Positions 1-13,091 of a stretch of DNA of 64,000 nucleotides are shown here, piece after piece. The stretch lies in NCBI GenBank assembly GCA_951406725.2, contig OX597818.1, positions 22,692,001 to 22,756,000 on the forward strand, given 5' to 3'. The stretch's first letter is position 1, and the number at the start of each line of letters is the position of its first letter. Source of the stretch: Octopus vulgaris (Eukaryota). The notes beneath the pieces are model-generated. The model made no database searches. It was not told where the DNA came from and saw only the letters and a list, made by a program, of their open reading frames with translations. Position numbers and translations under genes: made by a program.

Positions 1-114
1 AACGTGAAACACCTAGGAGACGACACAAGAACCACAGGACGGGACATTCGAAGCCCTCAGTCATCAGTCAAGAACCAGATCATCTTCGCAATTTCGGCTG
101 ATTAATCTTGAGAT
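1..114 (-). repeat. Short interspersed repeat, second copy at ~33453-33560 (+)
   Basis: Reverse complement (atctcaagattaatcagccgaaattgcgaagatgatctggttcttgactgatgactgagggcttcgaatgtcc) aligns to 33453-33560. Confidence 0.75.
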
Positions 115-394
115 ATAGATATATATACACAGAGAGAGAGATGCGTAAATGTCGAACCATGAAAGTGAGTGCTCAACACTGCATTGGTGGATATCATTTC
201 TTTACTTGTGAATTAAGGCTACGATTGGTTTCATGTTGCGCAAAGAAGGAAAATATCTTAGTTTCTTAATTTTTCAAGCCGATCAAGGATATATATTTTA
301 ACCTCGTTCTGGTCTGACGACCCTCCATGTTTGTTTTCCTTCGGTTTCCTCGTATGTCTCCACTCCTGTTTTTGTTCCTAACTTTGATCCTCCA

Positions 395-610
395 TAAATT
401 CCAAATTTTATTTTGGTACTTATGGGAGCAACTGTCTTCGAAGATTCATATTGTCGTTCAATGCTCGAAATGAGGAGTAGATAGACAACCGACAACTTCT
501 GTTCCTTATGTGACTTGTCCTGTTTTCTATTTGTTTCTCTCGGTGTTTGCGTATTGAACTCATTTGTTTTCGTATTTCATAATGTTTAATGTTGGTAACG
601 TCCTGTACCC
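395..610 (+). repeat. Short interspersed repeat, second copy at ~31770-31925
   Basis: Both copies share ccaaattt..ttttggta.ttatgggagcaactgtcttcgaaga...gctcgaaat..ggagtaga.agaca.ccgacaact. Confidence 0.7.
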
Positions 611-620
611 ATATATGCAC

Positions 621-677
<57 letters not shown>

Positions 678-685
678 TATATATA

Positions 686-1104
686 GGATCCTTTCGGTTT
701 GAACGGCAGTTTTTAACATAATTTCTAGGTAACTAAAAAATTTTAAACTTCGTATACTGGTAGAATGTGTTTATAATAATAATAATAATATTAGGGAGTA
801 AATCCAAACTTACAGGGAAAAATTAGATTTAGGTATCTTTTTTTTCATCACAAATGTAAATAAACCCAATCTGTTTCTTAAACGAGGGACATGTTCATAC
901 GGCACAGAATGTTTTTTACCTCGTCAGTGATTGGTTGAAATTGAAGAAAAAGTAACAACAAATATCTTACAAATTATAGAATTTTCTCAATAAAGCCAAG
1001 AGAAAAAGATGTATTATAAACACATTCTACCAGTATACGAAGTTTAAAATTTTTTAGTTACCTAGAAATTATGTTAAAAACTGCCGTTCAAACCGAAAGG
1101 ATCC
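686..1104. mobile_element. MITE with ~93-bp perfect terminal inverted repeats, inserted in (TA)n
   Basis: 686-778 (ggatcctttcggtttgaacggcag...ttataata) is the reverse complement of 1012-1104; non-coding interior; TA flanks. Confidence 0.9.
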
Positions 1105-1157
1105 TATATATATGCATATATATATATTATATTATATATATATTCATGTTTTACGCG

Positions 1158-1287
<130 letters not shown>

Positions 1288-1934
1288 TACATTTTTACTG
1301 TCTCTGTCACTCTCTCACTATCTGTATACATGCGCATATGTGCCCATGTATTATATACGTACTTGCGAATATGTATATAGATATACATTTGTGTGGTGTG
1401 TATATACATGTAAACGTAAACACGTGCATAAGTCCAGGTACTTTGTATCTGTTACATCAGAGTTTCTTCCGTACAACAGCTGTCAAACAATAAGAGCCAA
1501 AACAACAAGAACAACAGAAGCAGTAACAACAACAACAACATTAAATTAAACAAACAACAGAAAATAAATAATCACTGGGTTTGTTAGGTCTGAAAATTTT
1601 CACAATTACTTGAAAACTTCAGCAGCCTTCCGTTGTCATTCACAGCTATTTGTTAATACTGTCCAGACATGTGTTTTATTTTCTTTTATTTGCAAATGCT
1701 AAAATATGCACAACATTAGTTTGGCGGCAGGAAGCGGGTGGTGGGGTGGCTAGGTGTGGGAAAAAGTAAGGTTTCATGCGACTACGTTGAAATATTAAAA
1801 GTTCACAGTAAACTAAAAAAAAAAAGAGAATAAGTTTATTGGTTTTTACATCGTTATCTGTGTGAAACGGTTAGGTAAGGGAGAGGCTTAATGTAACCGC
1901 GAGAAAGAAAAATATTCAATTACATATATACATA

Positions 1935-2343
1935 GGCGCGGGAGTGGCTGTGTGGTAAGTAGCTTGCTAACCAACCCCATGGTTCCGGGTTCAGTCCCAC
2001 TGCGTGGCACCTTGGGCAAGTGTCTTCTGCTATAGCCCCGGGCCGACCAATGCCTTGTGAGTGGATTTGGTAGATGGAAACTGAAAGAAGCCTGTCGTAT
2101 ATATGTATATATATATGTGTGTATGTGTGTGTGTTTGTGTGTCTGTTTGTCCCCCTAGCATTGCTTGACAACCGATGCTGGTGTGTTTACGTCCCCGTCA
2201 CTTAGCGGTTCGGCAAAAGAGACCGATATAATAAGTACTGGGCTTAAAAAGAATAAGTCCCAGGGTCGATTTGCTCGAATAAAGGCGGTGCTCCAGCATG
2301 GCCGCAGTCAAATGACTGAAACAAGTAAAAGAGAGTAAAGAGT
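1935..2343 (+). mobile_element. tRNA-derived SINE family A, full length
   Basis: Box A-like tggctgtgtggt, box B-like ggttcagtccc, ttgggcaagtg core, internal microsatellite, LINE-like tail and (gagtaaaa)n end; many copies in the window. Confidence 0.9.
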
Positions 2344-2361
2344 ATACCTACATTCATGCAT

Positions 2362-2423
<62 letters not shown>

Positions 2424-2432
2424 GTATGTATA

Positions 2433-2556
2433 TGTGGCTGAGTGGTAAGAAGTTTGCTTCCCAACCTCATGGTTCAGTCCCACTGTAAGGCATCTTGGGC
2501 AAATGTCTTCTACTATAGTCTCTGCTTTGCTTGATGGAAACTGACAGAAGCCTGTC
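2433..2556 (+). mobile_element. SINE family A, 5' fragment
   Basis: gtggctgagtggtaagaagtttgcttcccaacc...ttgggcaaatgtcttctactatag matches the copy at 1935. Confidence 0.8.
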
Positions 2557-2573
2557 GAATTTTCCGATGGCCG

Positions 2574-2634
2574 GATAACTGAAGAGATGGCGGCGTGGAT
2601 TTTCACCTCGGCATCCGAAACTCGGAGTTTTATC
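2574..2634 (+). ncRNA. Hammerhead ribozyme-like motif (type I, minimal)
   Basis: GATAA-CTGAAGA-GATG...CATC-C-GAAA-CTC.GAG-TT-TTATC; stem I 5 bp; second copy at 17994-18054 (-). Confidence 0.6.
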
Positions 2635-2782
2635 ATGACTACCGAATAATTGTCTCATATTACATTTACAGATATATATATATATATTATATGTGTGAGG
2701 ATGGGGAGGGGTGAGCGCGCGCCCGCGCGAGAGTATGCATGTGTGCAACAATTCATTTTCTCCTGACTGCTTATCTTTATGC

Positions 2783-2863
<81 letters not shown>

Positions 2864-2918
2864 CCTACCTACCTATCTATCTATCCATCCATCTATCTAT
2901 CCATCCATCTATCCATCC

Positions 2919-2986
<68 letters not shown>

Positions 2987-2990
2987 CTCT
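2783..2990. repeat. (TATC)n microsatellite
   Basis: Read directly; similar tracts at ~10000-10114, 10380-10447, 50165-50235, 51338-51440, 52885-52948. Confidence 0.95.
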
Positions 2991-3296
2991 ATCCATCAAT
3001 ATACGTGTTTTGTGTGTGTGTGTGTTTCGGCATGTACAATGAAGTGAGTACATATAACAGGAAGTGAAAACTTAGTACTTGTTGTAGAATTATATTTGTT
3101 CATTTACAGGAACCGGAAACATCTTATTCACTACATATACAAGGCAAATATATGTGTGAGTGTGTGTGTGTGTGTGCATGTGTATGCGTGTGTGTGTGTA
3201 TATATGAGCATGTGTATGCTGTATGTATACACACAAGCGCATATTTATAAATATACATGTATGTGTATGTGTGTATATCTATATAATATCTATGTT

Positions 3297-3528
3297 AAGG
3301 CGGCGAGCTGGCTGAAACGTTAGCACGCCGGGCGAAATGCCTTGCCGTATTTCGCCTGCCGTTACGTTCTGAGTTCAAATTCCACCGAGGTCGACTTTGC
3401 CTTTCATCCTTTCGGGGTCGATAAATTAAGTACCAGTTACGCACTGGGGTCGATGTAATCGACTTAATCTCTTCGTCTGTCCTTGTTTGTCCCATCTGTG
3501 TTTAGCCCCTCGTGGGTAGTAAAGAAAA
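3297..3528 (+). mobile_element. tRNA-derived SINE family B (MetaSINE-like core)
   Basis: aaggcggcgagctggc head, gagttcaaattcc box B, core gcctttcatcctttcggggtcgataaattaagtaccag resembling the Meta domain. Confidence 0.88.
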
Positions 3529-3808
3529 ATATATAATATCTATGTATATGTCTGTGTGTCTACACAAACATACGCGCATATACTATAGAGGTATGGCGGT
3601 TGAGTCAGTCCATATAGTGCCTTTAGGCAGGTCACTACATTCTACTTTGCGTCAGCATTATTTAGAAATAGATACGACAAGATCAGGTTTAAAAAATATA
3701 GACCTGCTTGTTTAAGTATTTAAGTATTTGTTTCATGTTCAGAAAATACCTATCTTAAATATTCTGATTGCGGCCGAAAAATTGGTTTTCTAAAGTTGAC
3801 TTACAGGC

Positions 3809-3874
<66 letters not shown>

Positions 3875-4062
3875 TAAGTGAGGGATTATCAATCCGGGCA
3901 AAATACTTTATATGCTTTCTATTGGCATACCAGACTAACAATATTTAGATTAATGAAGAACTACAAGTATTCTTACGGTAGGGTTGGAGGTTATGGTTCA
4001 TGACAATTCTATATTGTGAATCCGTGATAGCCCTCTAGTCAAACTGGATTTTACCCAGATTC

Positions 4063-4402
4063 ATATATAAGACGCGGTATAAATAATGGTCATTATGTAT
4101 TTTTACTTTATTAGAGTAAATTTGGCTTACAGCTGTTTCAAGTAGTCATTATAGGTTCACTCAATTGGTTTATTGATCAGTTGGGAAATGTTGAATGACC
4201 ATAGAAATGATTCTGACGAAAGTAGCATTATTTTTATTTATCTATCTATTTATTTTTGTCGTTCAATTTTTCTCAACTGATCAGTAGACAGATTGAGTAA
4301 ACCTATAAGTAATGTACATATAATGACTACAGGAAACAGTTGTAAGCCATATTTACTCTAATAAAGGAAAAATATGTAATGACCTTTATTTATACCTTGT
4401 CT

Positions 4403-4409
<7 letters not shown>
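4063..4409. repeat. Inverted pair of ~140-bp repeat units with ~58-bp spacer
   Basis: 4063-4199 is an imperfect reverse complement of 4258-4409; both arms carry GAAACAGYTGTAAG. Confidence 0.85.
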
Positions 4410-4460
<51 letters not shown>

Positions 4461-4680
4461 AAGGCGCATGGCTCAGTGGTTAGAGCGTCGATCTTACGAC
4501 GTTGATATGTCTTTCTTTTTCGTCTCTCTCACTATTATTATCATTTTTACATTTTGCAACTTGTTTTTATCCCTATTACCCCCCCCCCCTGTATTCCTCT
4601 ATTCTCCATTATTGTATCTTATTTTATTTTTATTTTATTTTATATTATTAAACTTTTTGATGTTCTTCCAAAAATTCCTC

Positions 4681-4777
4681 ACACTGATGAGAATGACAAC
4701 GCATAAATTTAATTATAAATACTATGATTATAATTTTTTCTTACATATTTGTATTGTCTTTCGAAACATGCGTATGT
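4681..4777 (+). ncRNA. Hammerhead-like motif with long stem II loop
   Basis: ACA-CTGATGA-GAATGACAA...TTGTCTTTC-GAAA-CATGCG-TA-TGT. Confidence 0.6.
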
Positions 4778-6089
4778 ATTGAACCCAATTTTGTATTGTA
4801 TCTAATTTTGATTCAACATTTTTTCTCCATTTTTTATACTTGTTTATGGTGTATTTATACCTATAACGAAATTTTTCAACTATTATTTTCATATACTTAT
4901 TACTTGCTCTGGCTGATTTTTATGAATACGATGAATCTTTATTAGAAATTTTTTCTCTCTTTTTGGATCTCTCAAAAAGTTTGAATTGTTCTTTTTGAAC
5001 TTATTTTTTTCACACATACATACATACATACATACATACATACATACATACATACATACATACATACATAAATGTATGTATACATGTACGTATGGATGGA
5101 TGGATGTATGTATAGTTCACAGATGAGATCCAGAGATTCTCCGTATAGAAGACACTTAGTGGTACTCAAAAGATTCAAACTTAGTCTCCGATGTCTTTAC
5201 AGGGGATCATTCCACAAGGTAAAGAAAGGCTATAAAAGGGATCAGATAGAGCGGGTATAGAGGCAAATATGCAGATAAACAAATTAGTCACATCAAATAT
5301 ACTAACTATATTAAATACTTAAATTACAAAATATGTATATATGTATATATGCAAAACAAGAGAAAACAAAAGGTGGAAACTTTCAAATAATGAATTTATA
5401 TGTATAAATACATAGATATTTATATTAAAAGGCTCAACTAACAAACACCTGAAAGAGAGAGAGAGAGAAGTTTATTAGTTTCTGTGTCTGTGGGTGGACG
5501 GGGAGGGACTGTTTCCTCTATGTATGCATGCATGCTTGTATGTTCATTTGCATGTACGCACACGTGTATGTTTCTTTGCAAAGAGATGCATCTACAAACA
5601 AACATGGAGACGAAGTGTAATGAAAGTGTGAAACACGCAGACACACACACACACATACACACACAAACCTATTGCGAACAACAACGCTGAACAAAGTAAG
5701 CCTACAGGCTAATTCTTACTTTAACCGTGCACGACTGCTACTGTGTTGCTGAGTTCACACTGCAACTGACTGCACTCGTCTTGCACTTTATTGAACTAAT
5801 ACACATCTGTCAAACTGTACTCTATTGCATTACTGTACTCCGTTGCACTATATTCCTTTATTGTATACTATTCGGTAACTATTACATTGTTATGTTATTT
5901 TTTTATGAATATGGTGGTACACTATACAACAGAATAATACTGTTACATTCTATTGTACAATACTATGTATACTATATTATATGTTCTATGGTTGTAGTGT
6001 ATTATTGATGTGACATCATTGTCTCTGTCTTATCTCTACACTATCAACGTTTTATATTGTTTCCATTCTGCTTGTGCACTCTTTCTAAC

Positions 6090-6530
6090 TCCACCAAGGA
6101 CGCTCCCAAGCACGGCTGCAAACGGAAAAGGGTGGTTGCCCTGCCGAGGTAGCCAGAATCAGGAAACTGGGGAAACCAGGCGAGAAAACGTATAGATAGT
6201 ATCGGACAACGTTTATTCGTTCATGCCACTGAATCCTTGGCAGCCGATACGTCAACACGGGGGACCCAAGGTGCGATTGGGAAATGGATGACTGGCTGAA
6301 GCAACTATCTTCCATATAGATCGCATGCTTGACCAAGGAGCTTCACACAGCGTCATCACATTTTAACCAGTGTCCGATCGCCAGGCAGTCCTAAGGCTTG
6401 AAGTCTCAGCGTCTCGACCTCGAAAATGCTAAAGCCAACGCCATTGATCGGAAAGCATGGAATAACATCATTCAGTGACACTCACAGCAGCGTTATTGGT
6501 TGAGAGGACAGCCCCACTCCGGTCGCCAGC
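6090..6530 (+). mobile_element. Possible RTE-type LINE 3' remnant
   Basis: Translates to ...ENAKANAIDRKAWNNII, like the A.DR..W..I C-terminus of RTE ORFs; highly decayed. Confidence 0.35.
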
Positions 6531-7821
6531 TAGGGATTTTATTTTGTTTTACTGCACTCTTTCTAGAGCCCCTAAACTGCACACTTTCTCTATATCATCA
6601 CCATGTCACTAACATTCTATCTCCATATTATTCTTATGCTATCTCGAAACTGACTCCATACTGTCTTCACAGAATTTCAACACTGTCTCTATGTTTCCAA
6701 GTATGGAATAGTATTGGCGATCCCAATCCGTCATTGCACTGTTTCCACAGTACGTATTCAGCGCCCCTTCTATATCGCCACTAACTCCATACTGCTATCT
6801 CGCTATCTAACCTGTCTCCATAATATCTTGACGCTGACTCCAAACCAACTCTATACTGCCTTTGCACAGTCTCATTACTCTAATTATCTATGGTTATAAC
6901 TGGGGAAACAACGGTACTATCAGCACGTTGTCGCCACACTATTCCCACGTTGCTTGGCTCAGTCAGCAGCTGATTGTGCAACGCTGTTCTGTACTGCATT
7001 CCGTCACAATACTTTGACTGCATGAACCATTCTTCTACATCATGCTTTACTCCAGCCAGCGAGGGAATCTCTACATGATCGCCAGACAATTCTAGTAATA
7101 GAAGCCAAATCCCTGCTAAAAAAAAAGTCTTTGTATTTATTGAGAAAGAATACATTAGACAATGTGGTCCTGGGTTCCCATCACGTTGCAAACAGACTAA
7201 GGTGACCACGGCTGGAAAGACTTTGATCATGCATTTGCTTGATCAAGGTTAATCTGTGTCTAAGCAAGAACAGCAATAATCTGGTTCTACTAAGCTGAAC
7301 TTTAAATATGGAGTGATGGTTTACTTTCATTTCCTCGTGTTTACATGGATGAGATGGTGTATATTTTTAGCAATTGCTTTTACTGCTGGGTAAAGTAGAC
7401 CTCAACGTGGTCAACGGACTTTCCAGAAACAGTAATCAAATCTCCCCTAAATTCCACTCTACCATCTTTAAAAAAATGCGAAGAAATTAAATAAATCTTA
7501 GGAAATACTCATACAAATGTTTTAAATGATGTTTTTAAGAGTCACAGCTTACCCCATTTTCTATGGTATTAATTGGTGAGAGATAATTGTCCTATTCTCC
7601 CTAGATAAGTTCCAGTCTTTCATCTCTAGCTTTCCCAGCCGATCTGTTAAGACTCTTCACTAGGAAAAATTCAGGTCTTCAAATTAGTTACTAGTACCAA
7701 ACAGAGTGCTGGATACACATCACCATTGGTAAATGTTGAGATGACTCTTACATTCTTGCAGGATCCTCCTTGCCTACAATAGTTGTGGATGCTGGTAGAA
7801 CTGCATGTGCATAGCCTTATT

Positions 7822-8159
7822 TGCTGAGACCCCCTTCGGTCATTACTGACCATGGGATTGCACCTAGGAAGTTACCCTCTCAGGCACAAGTCCGCGCAAG
7901 GTTGTTTATGGAAGACCAGCAGTCGCCCATGCATACCGGCCTCCCCTCTCCACACTACCTATGTTATCCAAGGGAAAGGCAAAGGCCGATACAGCTTGGC
8001 ACCTGTGACGTCGCAACTCATTTCTACAGTTGATTGAACTGGAGCAACGTGAAATAAAGTGTATTGCTCAAGAACACAACACGCAGCCCGGTCCGGGGTT
8101 CGAACTCACAACCTCGCGATCGTAAGCTCGACGCTCTAACCAGTGAGCCATGTGCCTTC
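7822..8159 (-). mobile_element. tRNA-derived SINE family C, full length with 13-bp TSD
   Basis: Minus-strand head ggcacatggctcactggttagagcgtcgagcttacgatc...gagttcgaaccc; TSD GCATAGCCTTATT at 7809-7821 and 8160-8172; related pieces at 4461-4500, 12745-13030, 43200-43365. Confidence 0.88.
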
Positions 8160-8449
8160 GCATAGCCTTATTACACGATGCAAAAAAAAACGTAATCTTA
8201 AACAGAAGTCGTCCATTTGGAACAAATCTCCAGACATCAGAACCATCTTAACCGATTGTTTAGAAGCTTTCAAAGAACGTGTGTTGAGACAACTCTTGTC
8301 ACTCTCGCAATCGGAAATGCAGTGAACCATGATCTGGCCTGCTGGAAAACTCTTTTCTCTTTAAATGCTAGAATTAATGTAATAAAAAGTTTCTGGCCTT
8401 ACTACATAAGGTTTTCTCTGAAGTAGTTCTAATTTTCTCTGAAGGTCCA

Positions 8450-8865
8450 CTATAGTTGCGGTTGATGGGACTTGCAATGTTAAGTTAGAAGTAAGCGGAG
8501 CTTGAATCATCTCAAGTACACCAATTAAAATGGCTGATAAGAAAAAGTACATCGGCATGTGTGAGGCATGACTTCAAGGAAAGATTTTATGATCACGTAT
8601 TATCAGTCAGGCACACTCATAAAAGAAGTACACAGAATTATCAAATCACATCAGTAAACTGAGGGGCAAAAACATCGCTTACATCACCAAAAAGTGTGTT
8701 CTCGAGCAATCAAAACCAAACGTAACTGGATCAAAGAAATGTAGCTCCTGTATAGCAGAAAGACAGAACATACACCCTGCAAAAGTTGAAAAGCCATATC
8801 AACTATTTAAATTCTAGAACTAAGACTTTCACTAGATATATCCACCAAGACAAGTTTATTTCATT
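8450..8865 (+). pseudogene. Penelope-like element GIY-YIG endonuclease remnant
   Basis: Frameshifted translation KKYIGMCE / DFKERFYDHVLS / TELSNHISKLR...KKCSSCIAERQNI matches the YIG..FK.R...H..S..TELS..I..L...C..C..E pattern of PLE endonucleases. Confidence 0.75.
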
Positions 8866-9967
8866 CATTTAGAAGATATCTCCTACACCGAGATGACTAC
8901 ACCATAATTCTCCAGGTCAGATCTCCATTTACACAATGAACTTGCACAGTGAATCTACATCAAATCTCTATAAAGTACACACCTATAAATTATCTTCAAT
9001 TTTGGGCGTATCAGCAAACTACCCCACTAGCTGTCAATAAATTTCGACATTCCAACCACACACAACACAAACATCTACAATAAGCGTAAACATCTAAGTA
9101 AATTCAACACAGCATAATATGCTTACAAATTCTTTTTCCTCGTTTAAAAGAATAATATTTTAGGTTTCAAAATAAACTAATTGCTGAGAACCTAAGGGAA
9201 GAACATTACGTTTTTAAATACTGACTTACCGTTCCTTCCAGGTGAATGAGCGATTGACTCTCGAATGATGATTCATTCTTTGCTCGTAAAAAATCTCGTA
9301 CTAGCGGTAGCCATTTTGTGGAAAACATGAAAAATTGTCAGAATACGATGGCAGCGGCTTGATCTAAGTTAAGCCAGGTATCGTTCCCCTGACATGAAAC
9401 CTAAGCGTTATGTCGAAAAAAGATACACTATTGAAGATATTAATAACACTCGACTGTAATGAGTGTTATATTTTACTGTATCTATCATAAACATTTAGTA
9501 CACACACACGCACACATACACATACATACATACACACACACATGTGTTTGTATGAATGTATAAATATGTGAGGGTGTCTGTGTATATGTAGACGAGACGG
9601 GTGCTTATATATGGATGCATGCACGCATGCCTACAGCATAACCCGAGGCTAGTTTAAATCACAAGCTTGCGTGTGCATTTGTTAGTCTAATACGACTGAA
9701 TGTGACTCTTCGTGTTCGTATATATATAATAGTGTGTGTTCGTATAAGTACGCAATTGTTCGTGTGTATGTGTGTGCGTGTGTATGTATGTGTGTACTTT
9801 TATGTATATTTTATGTATTTGTGTATATACGCATAAGTGTATGCTTTGTGTTATCTGAGGTTATCCGAAAGTCTTTACATCACTTACCTTTGTTCAATGT
9901 TGCATGAAAGAAGCTGTGATGTACTAGCTATCAACTTGCTCTCCCCCCTCCATCCCTCCATTCCTCC

Positions 9968-10115
<148 letters not shown>

Positions 10116-10377
10116 CGTTCCTCCTCACTTTATCTCACACTTTCTCCGTTTATCTGCTTCTCGTTTACTCTGCCACACTTCCATTTTCTCTTCAATATAT
10201 CTGTATTTAGGTTTGTCTGCTTGTCTGTGTCTGTCCATGTATGTATGTATGTATGTATGTATGTATGTATGTATGTATGTATGTATGTATGTATGTATGT
10301 ATGTATGTATGTATGTATGTATGTATGCATACACTTATACATCTATATATACTTGTATAATCTACCTACCTAGCTAC

Positions 10378-10447
<70 letters not shown>

Positions 10448-11269
10448 GTCTGTCTGTCTGTCTGTATGTCTGTCTGTCTCTGTCTGTCTCTCTATATGTG
10501 TGTGTGTATGTGTGCGTGTGCATGTGTATGTATGTATATGATATATACCCATATGCACAGACACGCACACTCACTCACAAACACACATACACACACACAC
10601 ACAAACACGCACACACGCGCACACAAACACAGACACACACGCACACACACAGACAGACATATACATACACACAACACACACACACACGTATAATGTTCAC
10701 TCGCCACTAAAACCAGACATGATAATCTGGCGTGATGGAAACTAAGTTATACAATCCAACATCCTTTCTACTTTCTCCGTCTCTCTTTCTTTCGGTATTC
10801 AATTCCCTTGGCCCCACCGTACACTCACTGTCTCCTTCTTCACTACCCTTACTACCACTACAACTCCCTCACTACCCGCAGTTGTATTTGATCTCAGTAA
10901 GTGATGCAGTTCAACTTGGCTAGTCAAAAGGCAGCGTCTACTTTTATACATGCCAACTCCTGTACATTATAAGTATGTATGTAGGTACATAAGTATGTAT
11001 GTAGGTATATGTGTGTGTGTGTGTGTGTGTATGATGGTGGACAAATACAGACACAAAGACACACTCATACATACATACGTACGTACGTACATACATACAT
11101 ACGTACGTACATACATACATACGTACGTACATACATACATACGTACGTACATACATACATACGTACGTACGTACGTACATACATACATACGTACGTACGT
11201 ACATACATACGTACGTACATACATACATACATACATACATACATACATACATACATACATACATACACA

Positions 11270-11410
11270 ACGGGCTTCTTTCTGCTTCCGTCAAACAAAT
11301 CCATTCACAAGGCTTTGGTCGGCCCGAGACTATAGCAGATTAGAAGACATTTGCCCAAGTGGGTCCGAATCCAGAGTAGGACTGAATCCAGAACCATGTA
11401 CTCGGGAAGT
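11270..11410 (-). mobile_element. SINE family A fragment with expanded (TACA/TACG)n interior to its left
   Basis: cgggcttcttt...ccattcacaaggctttggtcggcccgagactatagcag...gacatttgcccaag. Confidence 0.75.
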
Positions 11411-11552
11411 GTGTGTGTCTGTGCATCTAAAACTCTATTTTTTTCTGTTTATATATGTATATGTGTATGAACATGTGTATGTATATATACATACATAGAT
11501 GTATGTATCTATGTATGGATGGATAGATGGATGGATGGATTGATGGATGTTC

Positions 11553-11965
11553 TTTTACTCTTTCATGTGTTTCGGCAGAAAGGCTGTGGCCATGCTGTGG
11601 CATCGCCAGTGTTAACACCTTCTCAGAAGCCATTCTTATCTGAATTACTTTTTGTGAAGGTAAGAGTTCGACTTTACTGCTTTCTTTTGAGTTTCTCGCC
11701 GTGATATAGACTCATCTGGGACCTTGGACGGCAGGAGATCGCGTCGCTTCTTGAATACATTTATCACTGTTTCACGTAGAACCCAGATGGTATTGAATAG
11801 TCGTAGGCCCTTGATTACCAAAGTATTGCAATACATAGTCCTCACTCTAGACGGGATAGCTGGTATCTTGAGGACAGTGCAGCGTCGTCCAGTTCGGGGG
11901 CTGGTATAGCTCTCGGTGCCAAAGTTTGGTGCCAACCCCTTCAAGATTTTGCTTAGGTATATCAC
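11553..11965 (-). mobile_element. CR1/L2-group LINE 3' fragment, same family as 19150-21230
   Basis: ORF 11645-11965 (KILKGLAPNFG...RTGRRCTVLKIP) parallels 20714-20923; shares the 3' UTR motif. Confidence 0.85.
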
Positions 11966-11974
11966 TGTATATGT

Positions 11975-12181
11975 ATATTTTGCATATGTATATCAAAAGA
12001 TTGACGATCGGTGAACATTTTTGATAAAAAAAATAGGAGTGAAAATACGACGTTTTGAGCATGGATCTTCATCGGATAGAGGAAGAAAGTCCAGAGAAGA
12101 AGAAAAAGAGGAAGGAGCAGTTAGTCTAGAGAAAGGCACGTGTATTTTTGCATGGACCCAAAATAAATGACTGGAAGTTGA

Positions 12182-12190
<9 letters not shown>
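11975..12190 (-). mobile_element. Decayed short hammerhead-bearing element (family of 46690-46905)
   Basis: Minus strand CCGATGA-a-GATC-cat-GCTC-AAAACGTC at 12045-12080, a mutated CTGANGA-a-GAGC..GCTC-GAAACGT. Confidence 0.45.
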
Positions 12191-12217
<27 letters not shown>

Positions 12218-12744
12218 TAGCCTGCTGACAAATGGCGTAGCATCCTGCCAGCATCCTAGAAATAAAATGAAATAGAAAAAATAGCTGACGTCGCCTAAAT
12301 AGCATCAATACTAGGTAACCTGAGCTGACCACATAGAACCTATATTGAATTTCCCACAAATCTTCTACTCTGCTCCTAGCATCTCATGAGATGGACCTAT
12401 GAACCCGCAAAACTTTTAGTTACGTAGAGCTTAGACAGACTGATAAACGTGTGCGTGTGTGTGGGTATGTGTATGTATGTATGTATGTATGTATGTATGT
12501 ATGTATGTATGTATGTATGTATGTATATGTATGTATGTACGTATGTATTATGTATGTATGTATGTATGTATGTATGTATGTATGTATGCATGTATGCATG
12601 CATGCATGTATGCATGCATGTATGTATGCATGTATGTATGCATGCATGTATGTATGCATGTATGTACTTATGTAGTATGTATGTGTGTATGTGTGTATGT
12701 ATGTGTGTGTGTGTGTATGTGTGAAGATGCGTGACATAGTAGTC

Positions 12745-13030
12745 TGGGTATTCGTGAGTTCGATTCCTAGCGGCGCATTGTGTCCTCAAGCGAAACACTT
12801 TATTTCTCGTTGCTCAACTCCACTCAGCTACCAAAAATGAGTAGTATTGTAATGTATTTCAACGGGTCAGCCTTGTCACCTTCCATGTCGCGTTGATTCT
12901 CCCTAAGAACTACGTTAAACGCGCGCGTGTCTGTGGCGTACTCAGCCACTTAGACTCTAATTTCAGGAGCAGGCTGTTCTGTTGCTCAGATCAACTGGAA
13001 CATTCGATGTCGTAACCGATGGAATGCCAG
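12745..13030 (+). mobile_element. Diverged SINE family C-related copy
   Basis: gagttcgattcc box B, then tgtgtcctcaagcgaaacactttatttctcgttgctc...cactcagcta..aaaaatgagt as in family C. Confidence 0.7.
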
Positions 13031-13091
13031 CTGTGTGTGTTCGTGTACACTTTAGAATATAATACGTATAATTCCTTTACATCATATTTTA

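Noticed and set aside
8085-8159. tRNA-like sequence with box A and box B
   Set aside because: It is the SINE head, continuous with SINE body and TSD; no complete acceptor stem.
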